Assembly (NCBI GenBank): GCA_964356715.1
Contig: CAYHJO010000001.1
Location: 1 to 63,378, forward strand
DNA: 63,378 nucleotides
Reading direction: 5' to 3'
Origin: an uncultured Turneriella sp.
Lineage (GTDB): Bacteria; Spirochaetota; Leptospiria; Turneriellales; Turneriellaceae
Shown: positions 1-9,371 of the stretch, piece by piece
Numbering within the stretch: the first letter of the stretch is position 1
Layout: each line of letters opens with the position of its first letter
Program-made: the position numbers and the translations under genes
Notes under the pieces: generated by a model
Seen by the model: only the letters and a program-made list of their open reading frames with translations
Database searches by the model: none
Told to the model about the DNA's origin: nothing

Positions 1-1719
1 CGAGCTGGCGGCCAACCAGCGGTGAACGTAAAAGTCGTTCCCACCCGGAACCGGCAAAATGCCGCGTAGCTGTGCATCGCCACCTCTCAGACGAAAATCA
101 CAGATGCGGCATGTGCCGCTCGTGCACGCCCCCCGGTGCGCCGCGGCAAATGGTGTAGCGGCGTTATCGATTCCCCAGCCGCGGAATCGGTTTTCGAAAT
201 TGGCGAAATCGCCGATGGTAGCGTAACTTGCCGCGCCACTGGTGTCGCTCGCATTGGCGGTGTCATCAGAGGCGACTTTACCCACGAATGATGAACTTAA
301 ATCGACGGTATTGCTGAAACTGAAATCCGACGCGCCATTGGCCGCGCAGGCATTATCGATGCCGGCGCTCGCCGAACCTGCGCAGGGGTTGATCGTAACA
401 CCGATTTTGAGAAAGCCGCTGAAATAGTTGTTGTTCCCGGTCAGCGAAACTCCGTATGGCTGGTTTGCGGCGACAAAGTGAATCAATTGGCCGCGATTCT
501 GATAATTGACAAATCCCTGGCTTGCCGTATTCACATAGACGGTATTGATGAAGGTACTGTCGCCGAATTCGCTGCGGATGCCTTCTGCGGAGTTATTGGC
601 ACCGGTGTGGTTTATCACCAGATTGTTGGGGTGGTTGATCCCGTTACCGGTCGCTATTCCATAACTGCCGGCGAAGAGAGCTACGTTCAGGTGGATGTTG
701 TTCGTACTCTGCCCGGCATCGTAATACAAGCGGCTGCCGTTTGCAAGAGTCAGATCGTGATAAAAGTTCGACAAGGCGCCGCCCGTGTCGGCGCGTATCT
801 GCGATTCGAAAAAATGGCTATAACCGACGCGGCAGGAACGCGTATTGCCCAACAGCATTTCTCCCCGCGCTATTTTGGCGCCGCGGATCGTCACGAAGCG
901 CGAACCCCTGAGGTCGACGCTGCCCGCCATGCCGTTTGCATCGAGGGCTACCTCAAGCCATGAAAAGTTCGCTATGCTGCTGAGGAGGTAGTTAGACACT
1001 CCGGTTCCGGTCAGAGCAAGACCGGGTTTCGTTACGATGCCCACCGTTTGGGCGGTAGCGATAGGTTTGTTGGGATCGCTGTTAAAAACGTAAATTGTCT
1101 TCGCGGCGCTCAAGGTTAGCGTGGGGGTCACTACGACGGCTGCCGTGGTGACGGTGTTGCCATACCAAACCGCCCCGGGCGTTGTCTGCGAGCCGCAATT
1201 GTCGCTGACCGTGACCGAGTTAGCCCTCCAGCCTCCGGCTCCTGCGAAGTCGATCAGATCTGAGAGAAATTTTTCATCCGAGAGGCCGCCCGATACCATG
1301 TTAGGTACGCCGCCGATCATGGCGCATGTCCATTTAAAAGCACCAAGCATATCCGTCGCGTTAAGCCCAGTGCAACTGCTGCGGTTTCTCACGGGCACCC
1401 GACGCAATTCGCCGCCGTGAAGGCAGCTATTGAAGTGACCTGTTTCTGTTCCGTTGCAGAGCACACCTGTGGCCGTATAAAAAAAGGCACCGTCATTGCG
1501 GACATAGTCCATCCAGTTTGGGGCGGTAGAATAGACGGCCGTCACTGTGCCTAAGGCAGGTGGCACGCAACCGACGCCGCCCGAGCCGGCATCGTACTTC
1601 TCTTTGATGCGCTAAATTTCGTTCAGCAGCGACCCGCAAGCGGTGGCAAAGACGGGTAGGGTTAAGACCAGAAAGCCGCGTAGAATATCTGCAAAGAGCG
1701 AACGATTCTGCTTGTTCAC
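1..1719 (-). pseudogene. Large Cys/Asn/Gly-rich surface lipoprotein (beta-helix-like), runs off the window's left edge; interrupted by an in-frame TAG at codon 36 (1612-1614)
   Basis: Manual translation from GTG 1719 (GGAGG RBS upstream): MNKQNRSLFADILRGFLVLTLPVFATA-C-GSLLNEI*RIKEKYD...NWMDYV...CLHGGE... The frame stays open to base 1 apart from this one stop. Lipobox FATA-C. Confidence 0.7.
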
Positions 1720-1834
1720 ACTACGACCCTCCAGGCTATTTTTCGCATCTTCCGCATTCATTTGCGGAAACTTCTCTTTACTTAGACCGAGCTGAACCCA
1801 TTATTCCTCCGGTGTAAAGCCATTTTTTAGGACG

Positions 1835-2179
1835 CTAGTGCGCGGCGGGCATGGCGCGGATGATCCCCACTACGCCGACGCCGATCCAGAAAATATTGAG
1901 CAGCGAATAGGCCAGATCTCGCCTGACAACCGCGCACCATGACAACATAACCGCATCTATCGTATTAAAAATCCAGATGAGCATGAACGGGCTTTCCGGC
2001 CCCATCCAGCTGACGGTAGAGAAGCTTACAATGCGCATGACGACGCCGATGAGTTCAATAGCCTTGATACGGCGCAGAATATACGCATTCATCGCATGCC
2101 GCTGCATTCGCCCGGCCTGAACGTGTTCTGCGCTTCCCGGCACAAAACTGGCCGGCAGACTCGTGATTACTTTTGTCAT
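1835..2179 (-). CDS. Small hypothetical membrane protein (about 3 TM) downstream of ric
   Basis: ATG 2179 with GGAGG RBS; hydrophobic segments in the C-terminal half. Confidence 0.6.
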   Translation of the reverse strand: MTKVITSLPASFVPGSAEHVQAGRMQRHAMNAYILRRIKAIELIGVVMRIVSFSTVSWMGPESPFMLIWIFNTIDAVMLSWCAVVRRDLAYSLLNIFWIGVGVVGIIRAMPAAH

Positions 2180-2219
2180 TGGATAGATCCTCCCGATAAT
2201 GGTGTTGCTTTGGTGAAAG

Positions 2220-2948
2220 CTATGGAGCGAGCTGCCGCTCGAGATTCTCCGCCCGCACAAAAAGGTTCTCGGTCTCGATTCTCATGTGTTCGGTCACATC
2301 GGCTTCAAGCTCTTTCAGTTTTTCGAAAAGAAACCTGTATGAATTGCATGCGCCTTCAGGCAGCGAGTAATCCTTTGACAATTTTCGGATTTTCGCCAGC
2401 ATGTCTGTCGCCGAATCATGTTCATAATTCATGACACGAATGGGATTATTCACCGAGCCGCAGTGCATATTTTGCATGGGCTGTTTATTCTGGACTTTGT
2501 CGTGCATATCGAGTATCAGAGGGAAAAGGATTTGCTCTTCTTTTATCAGGTGCTGGTCGAGTTCCGCCTTCAACTGCGCACAAAAATTCCGGATTTCGAT
2601 GAGTTCCGGATGTGCGTCGCCATGCACTGAGGCAACTTTAAGGGCAAACTGCTCCACCACTGGCAGGGCTTCGTAGAGATAGGCATGATGGTTATCGAGA
2701 ATATGCCTGATAAGCCCGGGGGTTTCCAGTGCATCGGCGGTGTTCGCGGCTTTTCCCCGTCCGGCAACAGATTCCAGCTCTGCCAGTACCTCAGCGAGAT
2801 TGATCCCGGCCGTGGAGCATGCATCCTTTAGAGTATTGCCCCCGCCGCAGCAGAAATCCAGCCCGTGCTTGCTGAGCACGCCGGCGAGGAGCGGAATTTG
2901 CTCCGAAATTTCCCGTAAGGTCTTGTCTGCCAGTACTATTGTCTCCAT
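2220..2948 (-). CDS. ric: Iron-sulfur cluster repair di-iron protein (Ric/YtfE/ScdA)
   Basis: DFCCGG N-terminal motif; hemerythrin-like HHxYL, HG..HPEL, HLxKEE..LFP, EH, H...E...LF; AAGGAG RBS. Confidence 0.95.
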   Translation of the reverse strand: METIVLADKTLREISEQIPLLAGVLSKHGLDFCCGGGNTLKDACSTAGINLAEVLAELESVAGRGKAANTADALETPGLIRHILDNHHAYLYEALPVVEQFALKVASVHGDAHPELIEIRNFCAQLKAELDQHLIKEEQILFPLILDMHDKVQNKQPMQNMHCGSVNNPIRVMNYEHDSATDMLAKIRKLSKDYSLPEGACNSYRFLFEKLKELEADVTEHMRIETENLFVRAENLERQLAP

Positions 2949-2978
2949 CACTTACTCCTTGACCGTATATTCAATATT

Positions 2979-3035
2979 TAGATCAACTTATCTTTTATTG
3001 AAAAGTAGTTTACCAATGAGTGAACGAAGCGTCAA
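2979..3035 (-). promoter_or_regulatory. Sigma70-type promoter of ric with a downstream AGAT-N6-ATCT operator-like site
   Basis: Minus strand TTGACG (3035-3030), 17 nt spacer, TAAACT (3012-3007) with extended TG. TAGATCAActtATCTTTTATT at 2979-2999 recurs at 54245-54265. Confidence 0.6.
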
Positions 3036-3067
3036 GAAAACTATAGTCATATGGATAGTTTTCTTGA
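3032..3067. promoter_or_regulatory. 13-bp perfect inverted repeat operator in the ric / aldolase-SDR divergent region
   Basis: TCAAGAAAACTAT-agtcatatgg-ATAGTTTTCTTGA; core repeated at 5124-5154. Confidence 0.6.
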
Positions 3068-3157
3068 TTGTGGATTGCCTTCCGTAATGGCAGCTGCTAT
3101 TGCCGTTCCGCGCCGCCGCGGTCTTTTCAAGGCCGTTGGGCCCTACGCAGGATTAAG

Positions 3158-5125
3158 ATGAGAAATCTTTGGACAGACGCAGAAGCAAACGAATTTCCGG
3201 GTGATTTGGGATTAAGGGTTTATTCTTCCCGACTTCTGGGCCGCGAGAAGCGCCTTGTGCTGCATGGCGGTGGTAACACCTCGGTCAAGGTTATCCGCAA
3301 GGATATTTTCGGCCAGGAAGAAGACATCCTTTACGTCAAGGGCAGCGGTTGGGATCTCGAAACCATCGGCGAAAAAGGCTTTTCTCCGGTCTCTCTGAAC
3401 CACGCAATCAGACTCGCGTCGTTACCCTCGCTCAGTGATCCCGCGATGGTCAATGAATTAAGAACTCACATGCTCGAAGCTGCCGCCCCCACCCCTTCGG
3501 TTGAAGCCATCATGCACGCGGTGATTCCATACAAATACGTCGACCACACGCACGCCGATGCCATCTTATCGATCACCGATACGCAAAAGGGCGAGGATTT
3601 TCTCCGCGAGATCTATGGCGACCGTGTAGTGTATATCCCTTACGCGATGCCCGGCTTCGATCTCGCGCGGCTGGTCGCGGCTGAATTCCCACGCCAGGCG
3701 CATTCGGGAACGCAGGGCATGATACTTTTCAAGCATGGGGTGTTCTCATTCGGCGCTACGGCAAAAGAATCGTACGAACGTATGATTGCGCTGGTCGGTG
3801 AGGCTGAAGATTTTCTGGAAACGAAGAATGCGTCTGAAAATGTCTTTTCATTCGACATGGCACCGATGAGCGACATCGCGCCGATACTCGATTTGCGCCG
3901 GGATATCTGTGCACTTGCCGGCATGAACCTCATCCTGAGCACACACCGCACTGAAAAAACTCTGGCCTTTGCCAACCAGAAGGATATGACCGTTACGCAG
4001 AGGGGGCCCGCGACGCCGGACCATATCATCCGCACCAAAAGAAATCCCGCATTGAACCGCGATTTGCAGGCATTCTCTGCTGCTTACAGGAAATATTTCG
4101 AAGACAATTCCGTACGAGCGAAGCAACCGAAGAAAATTCTCGATACCGCACCCCGGCTGATTCTCGACCGGGAACTGGGCCTCTTGTGCGCCGGCAGACG
4201 CGCGCAAGACGCGCTGATAGCGGCAGAAATCTACGACCACACCATCGACATCGTATCGCGCGCCGAAAAACTCGACAAGTATCAGCCGCTGGACGAGCAG
4301 GATCTTTTCGACATGGAATACTGGGACCTCGAGCAGGCTAAACTCGTTAAACCGGGCAATCCGCCCATTTTTGAAGGCCAGATAGCGCTCGTTACCGGCG
4401 CCGCTTCAGGCATCGGCAAAGCCTGCGTGGCGGAATTTCTTGCTTCCGGCGCCGCGGTCGTCGGCCTGGACCGCAGCGATAAAATCACCGAAATTTTCTC
4501 CCGTCCGGATTATTTGGGTATCTGCTGCGATCTTACCGACGAGACGGCTGTGCGCGAGGCTTTTGTAAAGGCCGCCCTGGCTTTCGGCGGCGTCGATATG
4601 CTGATCCTGAATGCAGGCGTCTTTCCGCCGGGGAAAAGCATTGCGGAAATGGACATGGATTACTGGACGCGCGTGATGAATATCAATCTGAACGCAAATG
4701 TCACGGTCATGCGGCAGGCGCATGTATTCCTGAAAAAATCGCCGGCGGGCGGGCGCGTTGTGGCGATTGGTTCGAAAAACCTCGCAGCGCCCGGGCCCAA
4801 TGTCTCCGCTTACTCGGTCTCGAAAGCCGCCGTCAATCAGCTCATGCGCGTCGCTGTGCTCGAATGGGCGTCGGACGGCATACGCATCAACAGCATCCAT
4901 CCCAATTCTGTCTTCGACACGGGAATCTGGTCCGCCGAAGTTATCCAAAGCAGAGCGAAAAGTTACAATCTTACACCTGAAGCATACAGGAAAAATAACC
5001 TGCTTAAGATAGAAGTGACAAGCCCTGATGTTGCGCGTATGGCGGTGACAATGTGTTCCCCGGTCTTTTCGAGAACGACCGGTTCGGGTATTCCCGTTGA
5101 CGGCGGCGTTGAGCGGGTAGTGTAA
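3158..5125 (+). CDS. Bifunctional class II aldolase / short-chain dehydrogenase (RhaD-SDR fusion family)
   Basis: GGGNTSVK, KGSGWDL, PSVE...H, DHTH and TPDH aldolase motifs; TGAASGIG, NAG and YSVSK SDR motifs; start probably ATG 3158. Confidence 0.9.
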   Translation: MRNLWTDAEANEFPGDLGLRVYSSRLLGREKRLVLHGGGNTSVKVIRKDIFGQEEDILYVKGSGWDLETIGEKGFSPVSLNHAIRLASLPSLSDPAMVNELRTHMLEAAAPTPSVEAIMHAVIPYKYVDHTHADAILSITDTQKGEDFLREIYGDRVVYIPYAMPGFDLARLVAAEFPRQAHSGTQGMILFKHGVFSFGATAKESYERMIALVGEAEDFLETKNASENVFSFDMAPMSDIAPILDLRRDICALAGMNLILSTHRTEKTLAFANQKDMTVTQRGPATPDHIIRTKRNPALNRDLQAFSAAYRKYFEDNSVRAKQPKKILDTAPRLILDRELGLLCAGRRAQDALIAAEIYDHTIDIVSRAEKLDKYQPLDEQDLFDMEYWDLEQAKLVKPGNPPIFEGQIALVTGAASGIGKACVAEFLASGAAVVGLDRSDKITEIFSRPDYLGICCDLTDETAVREAFVKAALAFGGVDMLILNAGVFPPGKSIAEMDMDYWTRVMNINLNANVTVMRQAHVFLKKSPAGGRVVAIGSKNLAAPGPNVSAYSVSKAAVNQLMRVAVLEWASDGIRINSIHPNSVFDTGIWSAEVIQSRAKSYNLTPEAYRKNNLLKIEVTSPDVARMAVTMCSPVFSRTTGSGIPVDGGVERVV

Positions 5126-5154
5126 AACTAAATCGTTAACCATAGTTTTGTTGA
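5124..5154. promoter_or_regulatory. Second copy of the AAAACTA-N11-ATAGTTTT-sTTGA operator, upstream of the GRE operon
   Basis: AAAACTA aatcgttaacc ATAGTTTT GTTGA; same spacing as the 3037-3067 copy; abuts TTGACG. Confidence 0.55.
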
Positions 5155-5255
5155 CGACTTGTTCAGCTTAGCGAACCCCTATCCAGCATTAGAGGATAAA
5201 ACAATCTTTTTATTTATTATAGAATGGCCCCGTACTCTGTGCAAAAGGAGCTTCA

Positions 5256-6092
5256 GTGAAAACCAGTTTTTTTGACGGCATCGAACAGACGCAGATTCGC
5301 ATCGGTGAAGCACTGGTTAATTCTCCGGTATTCTTCCGCGATCTGTCGTTCGACGCGTATGTGTTTTCCTGCGATGCGCGCAGCGCCGTGGCAAGACTTC
5401 CGTCGGGCAACTATTCGCCCATCAGGCTACCTTTTGGCAGATGCCTCAGCGCGTTGTTGTGCCTCGAACACCGCGACTCCGATTTGGGGCCATATAACGA
5501 AGCGGCTCTATGCGTTCCCCTTTCAGCCTTCGGATCGCACCTTTTGCCAGACTGGCTGACCGTGCTTCGCGAAGCCATCGACGGCAAGCTGCACGCGCAT
5601 ATTCTGCACATGCCGGTGAATTCTGAACTTGCGCTGCGGGGCGGCGTGGATTACTATGGGTTTCCGAAGTTCATGGCGGGCGTTGCCTTTCGGCACATGC
5701 AGAATGTCCGCGCCTGTGAATTAACCGACCGCGAAAACAAATTCCTGTCGCTGCGTATCTCGCCCGAGCGCGAACGCGGCATCTCGCTCGGCGCCCGGAA
5801 TATAACGTTCTGTTCTTATCCCGTCAAAGCCGGAAAACCGCTGCTGGGACGCATCGATATGCAGTTCGACGATCTGCACGCGAATTTTTTTCCGCGCCTC
5901 GAGCACCTTGAAATCGGCAATAGCGAAATGGCCGAAGCGGCTTCGCTGCTGCTGCAACACCCCATCGCACACATCAGCTCGCGCACTGCACGCGGAATCC
6001 TGAGATTGCCGGTCAATAGCCAACCGTCGGCCGTACTGCCAACGGCCGGATGTGAGGCTCGCAGCCGATTGGAGGCAATTCGTGGAAGCTGA
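5256..6092 (+). CDS. Acetoacetate decarboxylase (ADC)-fold family protein
   Basis: DSDLGPYNE, MPVNSELALRGG...YGFPK (Schiff-base Lys motif). Confidence 0.8.
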   Translation: MKTSFFDGIEQTQIRIGEALVNSPVFFRDLSFDAYVFSCDARSAVARLPSGNYSPIRLPFGRCLSALLCLEHRDSDLGPYNEAALCVPLSAFGSHLLPDWLTVLREAIDGKLHAHILHMPVNSELALRGGVDYYGFPKFMAGVAFRHMQNVRACELTDRENKFLSLRISPERERGISLGARNITFCSYPVKAGKPLLGRIDMQFDDLHANFFPRLEHLEIGNSEMAEAASLLLQHPIAHISSRTARGILRLPVNSQPSAVLPTAGCEARSRLEAIRGS

Positions 6093-6178
6093 AATCGAAA
6101 ATCTGTCAGAGGCGAAACGCGGCGTCATGTCCACAATAACGCGCATCGCATCGACGCATCAATACAAATGGAGAAACA

Positions 6179-7789
6179 ATGAAAGAAGACAAGTTTGATT
6201 TTATCGTGATCGGGGCAGGGCACCATGGCCTGTCGATGGCTGGTTATCTCGCGCAAGGTGGATTCAAAACCCTGCTGCTCGAACGCAGGCATGAGATGGG
6301 CGGCGGATTATCGACCGAGGAAGTCACGCAGCCCGGTTTTTACCATAACCTGCATTCCAATTTTCACGGATTGATCCCTTTCATGCCCTGCTATACGGAT
6401 TTTGAACTGGAAAAATCGGGTGTCCATTACTACCATCCCGAAGCCAATCTCGGTATGCCGCTCAAAGACGGTCGCGCGCTCGTGCTCTATTCCGATGAAA
6501 TCAAGAGCTATGAGTCGCTCGAAAAGTTCAGTAAAAAAGATGCGGATGCCTACGCGCGTTTCAAGAGTTCGATTTCCGACCATATGGACGAGCTTTTAAC
6601 GTACGTATATTCGCCACCCACTAAAGCAAACGAAGACGGCTCACACCGCTTACTGACGAATCTTTATGGCGAAGAGATTTTGCACCAGAGCCCTTACGAT
6701 TGGGTAAAGAGTTATTTTGAGAATCCGCATGTGCAGGCACTTTGCCTGTTTCATATGGCGATCGCCGGCTTCGACGTGACGCAGAAGGGTATGGCAAAGG
6801 CCGGTATCGGCTATCTGGGTTTTGCCACGAACTGGCAGCTCTGCCGCGGCGGCAGCCATTTTCTCGCGCACGCAATGGGCGGCTACTTTCTGCGCCAGGG
6901 CGGCTTTCTCGAAGAAAATGCCCCGGTAAAAAAAATCATCCTCGATGGCAAGCGGGCGGCCGGCGTCGAAACGGCCGATGGGCAGAAGTTTTATGCGGAC
7001 AAAGCGGTCATCAGCGCGATCGATGCGCACCAGACGTTGCTCGATTTTCTGCCGAAAGATGCGCTGGCCTCTGAGTTGCGGGAAAAAGTCAGCAAACTCG
7101 ATTACGGCACGGGCGATTCGCTCTTTGCCGTGCACCTTGCGCTCAAAGAGGCGCCACAGTATACCTCTGCCGCGTATAACCCCGACATCAACCGCACGTT
7201 TAATCTGAACATCGGCTATGAAACCCCCGAAGATGTCGCCGAGCATTTCGTCGAAACGCGTGCCGGTGAAGTACCGAAAGTGCCTCGCCTGAACTGCAGC
7301 ATCAATACACTGTTTGACCCGACGCAGGCGCCTGAGGGATTCCATACAGGACTCATCTGGCAGTTCGCGCCATACAACATCGAGGGCAAAGGACCCGAGC
7401 ATTGGAACAAAATCAAATACGATTTTGCGAAAGAGTGCATCAAGGTTTGGAGCACCTACGCCCCCAATCTCGCCGACAGCGTCATCGATTTCTATCCGTA
7501 CACACCGCTCGATATCGGAGAAAAAATGGTGAATATGCGCAACGGCGGATTCCATTGCGCAAGCGTCATGCCGTCGCAACTACAGAGCCTGAGGCCCACA
7601 GCGGAACTTTCGGGTTATAAAACGCCGGTCGAGGGCCTCTACATGTGCGGGTCCTGTATGCATGCGCATGGCGGCATCACCGGTTCGCCGTCGTATGCCG
7701 CGCTGCAGGTGATTGCCGATGATTTCGGCATTCGCGACAAGCTTAAGATCGGCAACAAATTCTGGGAAAAATCAGGAGCAAAAAAATGA
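6179..7789 (+). CDS. Phytoene desaturase-like (COG1233) FAD-dependent oxidoreductase, copy A
   Basis: IVIGAGHHGL FAD motif, GGGLSTEE, DPTQAPEG, C-terminal YKTPVEGLYMCG..H..GGITG. Confidence 0.85.
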   Translation: MKEDKFDFIVIGAGHHGLSMAGYLAQGGFKTLLLERRHEMGGGLSTEEVTQPGFYHNLHSNFHGLIPFMPCYTDFELEKSGVHYYHPEANLGMPLKDGRALVLYSDEIKSYESLEKFSKKDADAYARFKSSISDHMDELLTYVYSPPTKANEDGSHRLLTNLYGEEILHQSPYDWVKSYFENPHVQALCLFHMAIAGFDVTQKGMAKAGIGYLGFATNWQLCRGGSHFLAHAMGGYFLRQGGFLEENAPVKKIILDGKRAAGVETADGQKFYADKAVISAIDAHQTLLDFLPKDALASELREKVSKLDYGTGDSLFAVHLALKEAPQYTSAAYNPDINRTFNLNIGYETPEDVAEHFVETRAGEVPKVPRLNCSINTLFDPTQAPEGFHTGLIWQFAPYNIEGKGPEHWNKIKYDFAKECIKVWSTYAPNLADSVIDFYPYTPLDIGEKMVNMRNGGFHCASVMPSQLQSLRPTAELSGYKTPVEGLYMCGSCMHAHGGITGSPSYAALQVIADDFGIRDKLKIGNKFWEKSGAKK

Positions 7790-9366
7790 GCGCGCAGGAA
7801 TTTGATTTTATCGTTATCGGCGCCGGCCATAACGGCCTCATTGCCGCGAACTACCTTTGCCGTACCGGTGCTTCGGTGCTGCTGCTCGAGCGCAGGCTCG
7901 AAGCCGGCGGCGGACTGACGACCGAAGAAGTGACGCTTCCAGGTTATCTGCATAATTTACATTCGTACTTCCACGACACGATCGACATTATGCCACCTTA
8001 CCGCGATCTCGATCTCGAAGAGCACGGCGCGGTTTACATCAAGCCGCCCGTGCAAGTGGCAACGATCACACCCGACGGCAAGGCGCTGATTTCGCATACC
8101 GATGTGCAGAAGAGTATCGCTTCGCTCACACGTTTTTCCGCGGCCGATGCCAAGGCCTATGCCGACTGCCATGAAGAGTACCGCGAATACATGGAGACGA
8201 TCGTCGTCCCCGCGTTGTTCTCTGCGCCGTCGCATCCTTCCGAGCAGATCGCCGCGATGGAAGAAACCGACGAAGGTCTGGCATATCTGCGGCTTTGCCG
8301 GCAGACCCCGCAGCAGGTTGTCAGTGAACTCTTTGAAACAGAAATTGCGCGCGCACACGTGCTCTTTCAACTGGCAATTCCGCGCGGCGCGGTTTTCGAC
8401 AGCGCCGGCACGGGTTTTTTTGCGCCGCTCATTATTTCGCAAATTGAAGACTCGCAGATCTGCCGCGGCGGCTCGCATAAAATGGCGCACGCGCTGTGGA
8501 AAGCGCTCTTGAAAGGCGGCGGGGCGATACGCGGCGTGCGTGAGGTCAAGAGGCTAACCGTGGAAAAAGGTAAGGTCACCGGTGTCAAATTGCGCGACGG
8601 TGAAATCATCCGCGCAAGGAAAGGCGTGGTGTCAACGGTCGATATCAAGCAGACATTTGAGGATTTTCTGCAGGATGAGAAAATTGATACGAAGATAACG
8701 CAGGCATCGCGCAACTACCAGCTCGACGAGTTTTCTCTGTTCAGCGTGCATCTGGCGCTGAATGAACCACCCAAATATACTGCCGCAAAATTTGACGCCG
8801 ATAGCGATAAAGCCGTTAAAGTAAACCTCGGCTTTCATGACATGGCTGCGTTCACCGAACATTGGGCCGATATCCGCGCGGGCCGCCTGCCGCAGGTACC
8901 ACGGATGTACTGCTCTGCCCCTACCGTTTTTGATCCAACGCAGGCGCCGGAAGGCAAACACACCGCACTGGCGTGGATTCCCGTGCCCTATGCGCTGAAA
9001 GACAAAACATCGTGGGAGAAAATTAAACACGAATTCGGCGAAAAGTGCATCGCCTACTGGAAAACCTTCGCGCCGAATTTGGATGAGAAAAATATCATCG
9101 CCAAAAAATTCATGCCGCCAACAGACATCGACGCCAAATTCAGCAACATGCGGCAGGGGGGGATTTTCATGGGCAAAGTTACTCTCGACCAGATTGAATA
9201 TTTCCGCCCACATCCGCTGCTGTCGCAGTACAAGACCCCGATTGAAGGACTCTACCTGGGTGGCGCCGGCTGTCATCCGGGTGGCGGCATTATCGGCGGC
9301 GGTGGCTACATCGCCGCCTCGGTTATTGCGGACGATTTTGAACTCGATAAATGGTGGGAGGCTTAA
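7786..9366 (+). CDS. Phytoene desaturase-like (COG1233) FAD-dependent oxidoreductase, copy B
   Basis: IVIGAGHNGL, DPTQAPEG, YKTPIEGLYLGG..HPGGG; ATGA overlap with copy A. Confidence 0.85.
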   Translation: MSAQEFDFIVIGAGHNGLIAANYLCRTGASVLLLERRLEAGGGLTTEEVTLPGYLHNLHSYFHDTIDIMPPYRDLDLEEHGAVYIKPPVQVATITPDGKALISHTDVQKSIASLTRFSAADAKAYADCHEEYREYMETIVVPALFSAPSHPSEQIAAMEETDEGLAYLRLCRQTPQQVVSELFETEIARAHVLFQLAIPRGAVFDSAGTGFFAPLIISQIEDSQICRGGSHKMAHALWKALLKGGGAIRGVREVKRLTVEKGKVTGVKLRDGEIIRARKGVVSTVDIKQTFEDFLQDEKIDTKITQASRNYQLDEFSLFSVHLALNEPPKYTAAKFDADSDKAVKVNLGFHDMAAFTEHWADIRAGRLPQVPRMYCSAPTVFDPTQAPEGKHTALAWIPVPYALKDKTSWEKIKHEFGEKCIAYWKTFAPNLDEKNIIAKKFMPPTDIDAKFSNMRQGGIFMGKVTLDQIEYFRPHPLLSQYKTPIEGLYLGGAGCHPGGGIIGGGGYIAASVIADDFELDKWWEA

Positions 9367-9371
9367 TAAAG

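Noticed and set aside
242-1420. Plus-strand ORFs 242-427, 478-963 and 1121-1420
   Set aside because: Antisense shadows of the long minus-strand lipoprotein frame; no recognisable motifs.
1612-1614. In-frame TAG as pyrrolysine or genetic-code reassignment
   Set aside because: No pyl genes in the window, and TAG is used as a normal stop by other genes here (for example khpA, rimM, mrdA).
6179-9366. Carotenoid biosynthesis cluster
   Set aside because: No phytoene synthase, GGPP synthase or cyclase nearby; the context is catabolic (GRE, SRPBCC, ADC-fold).
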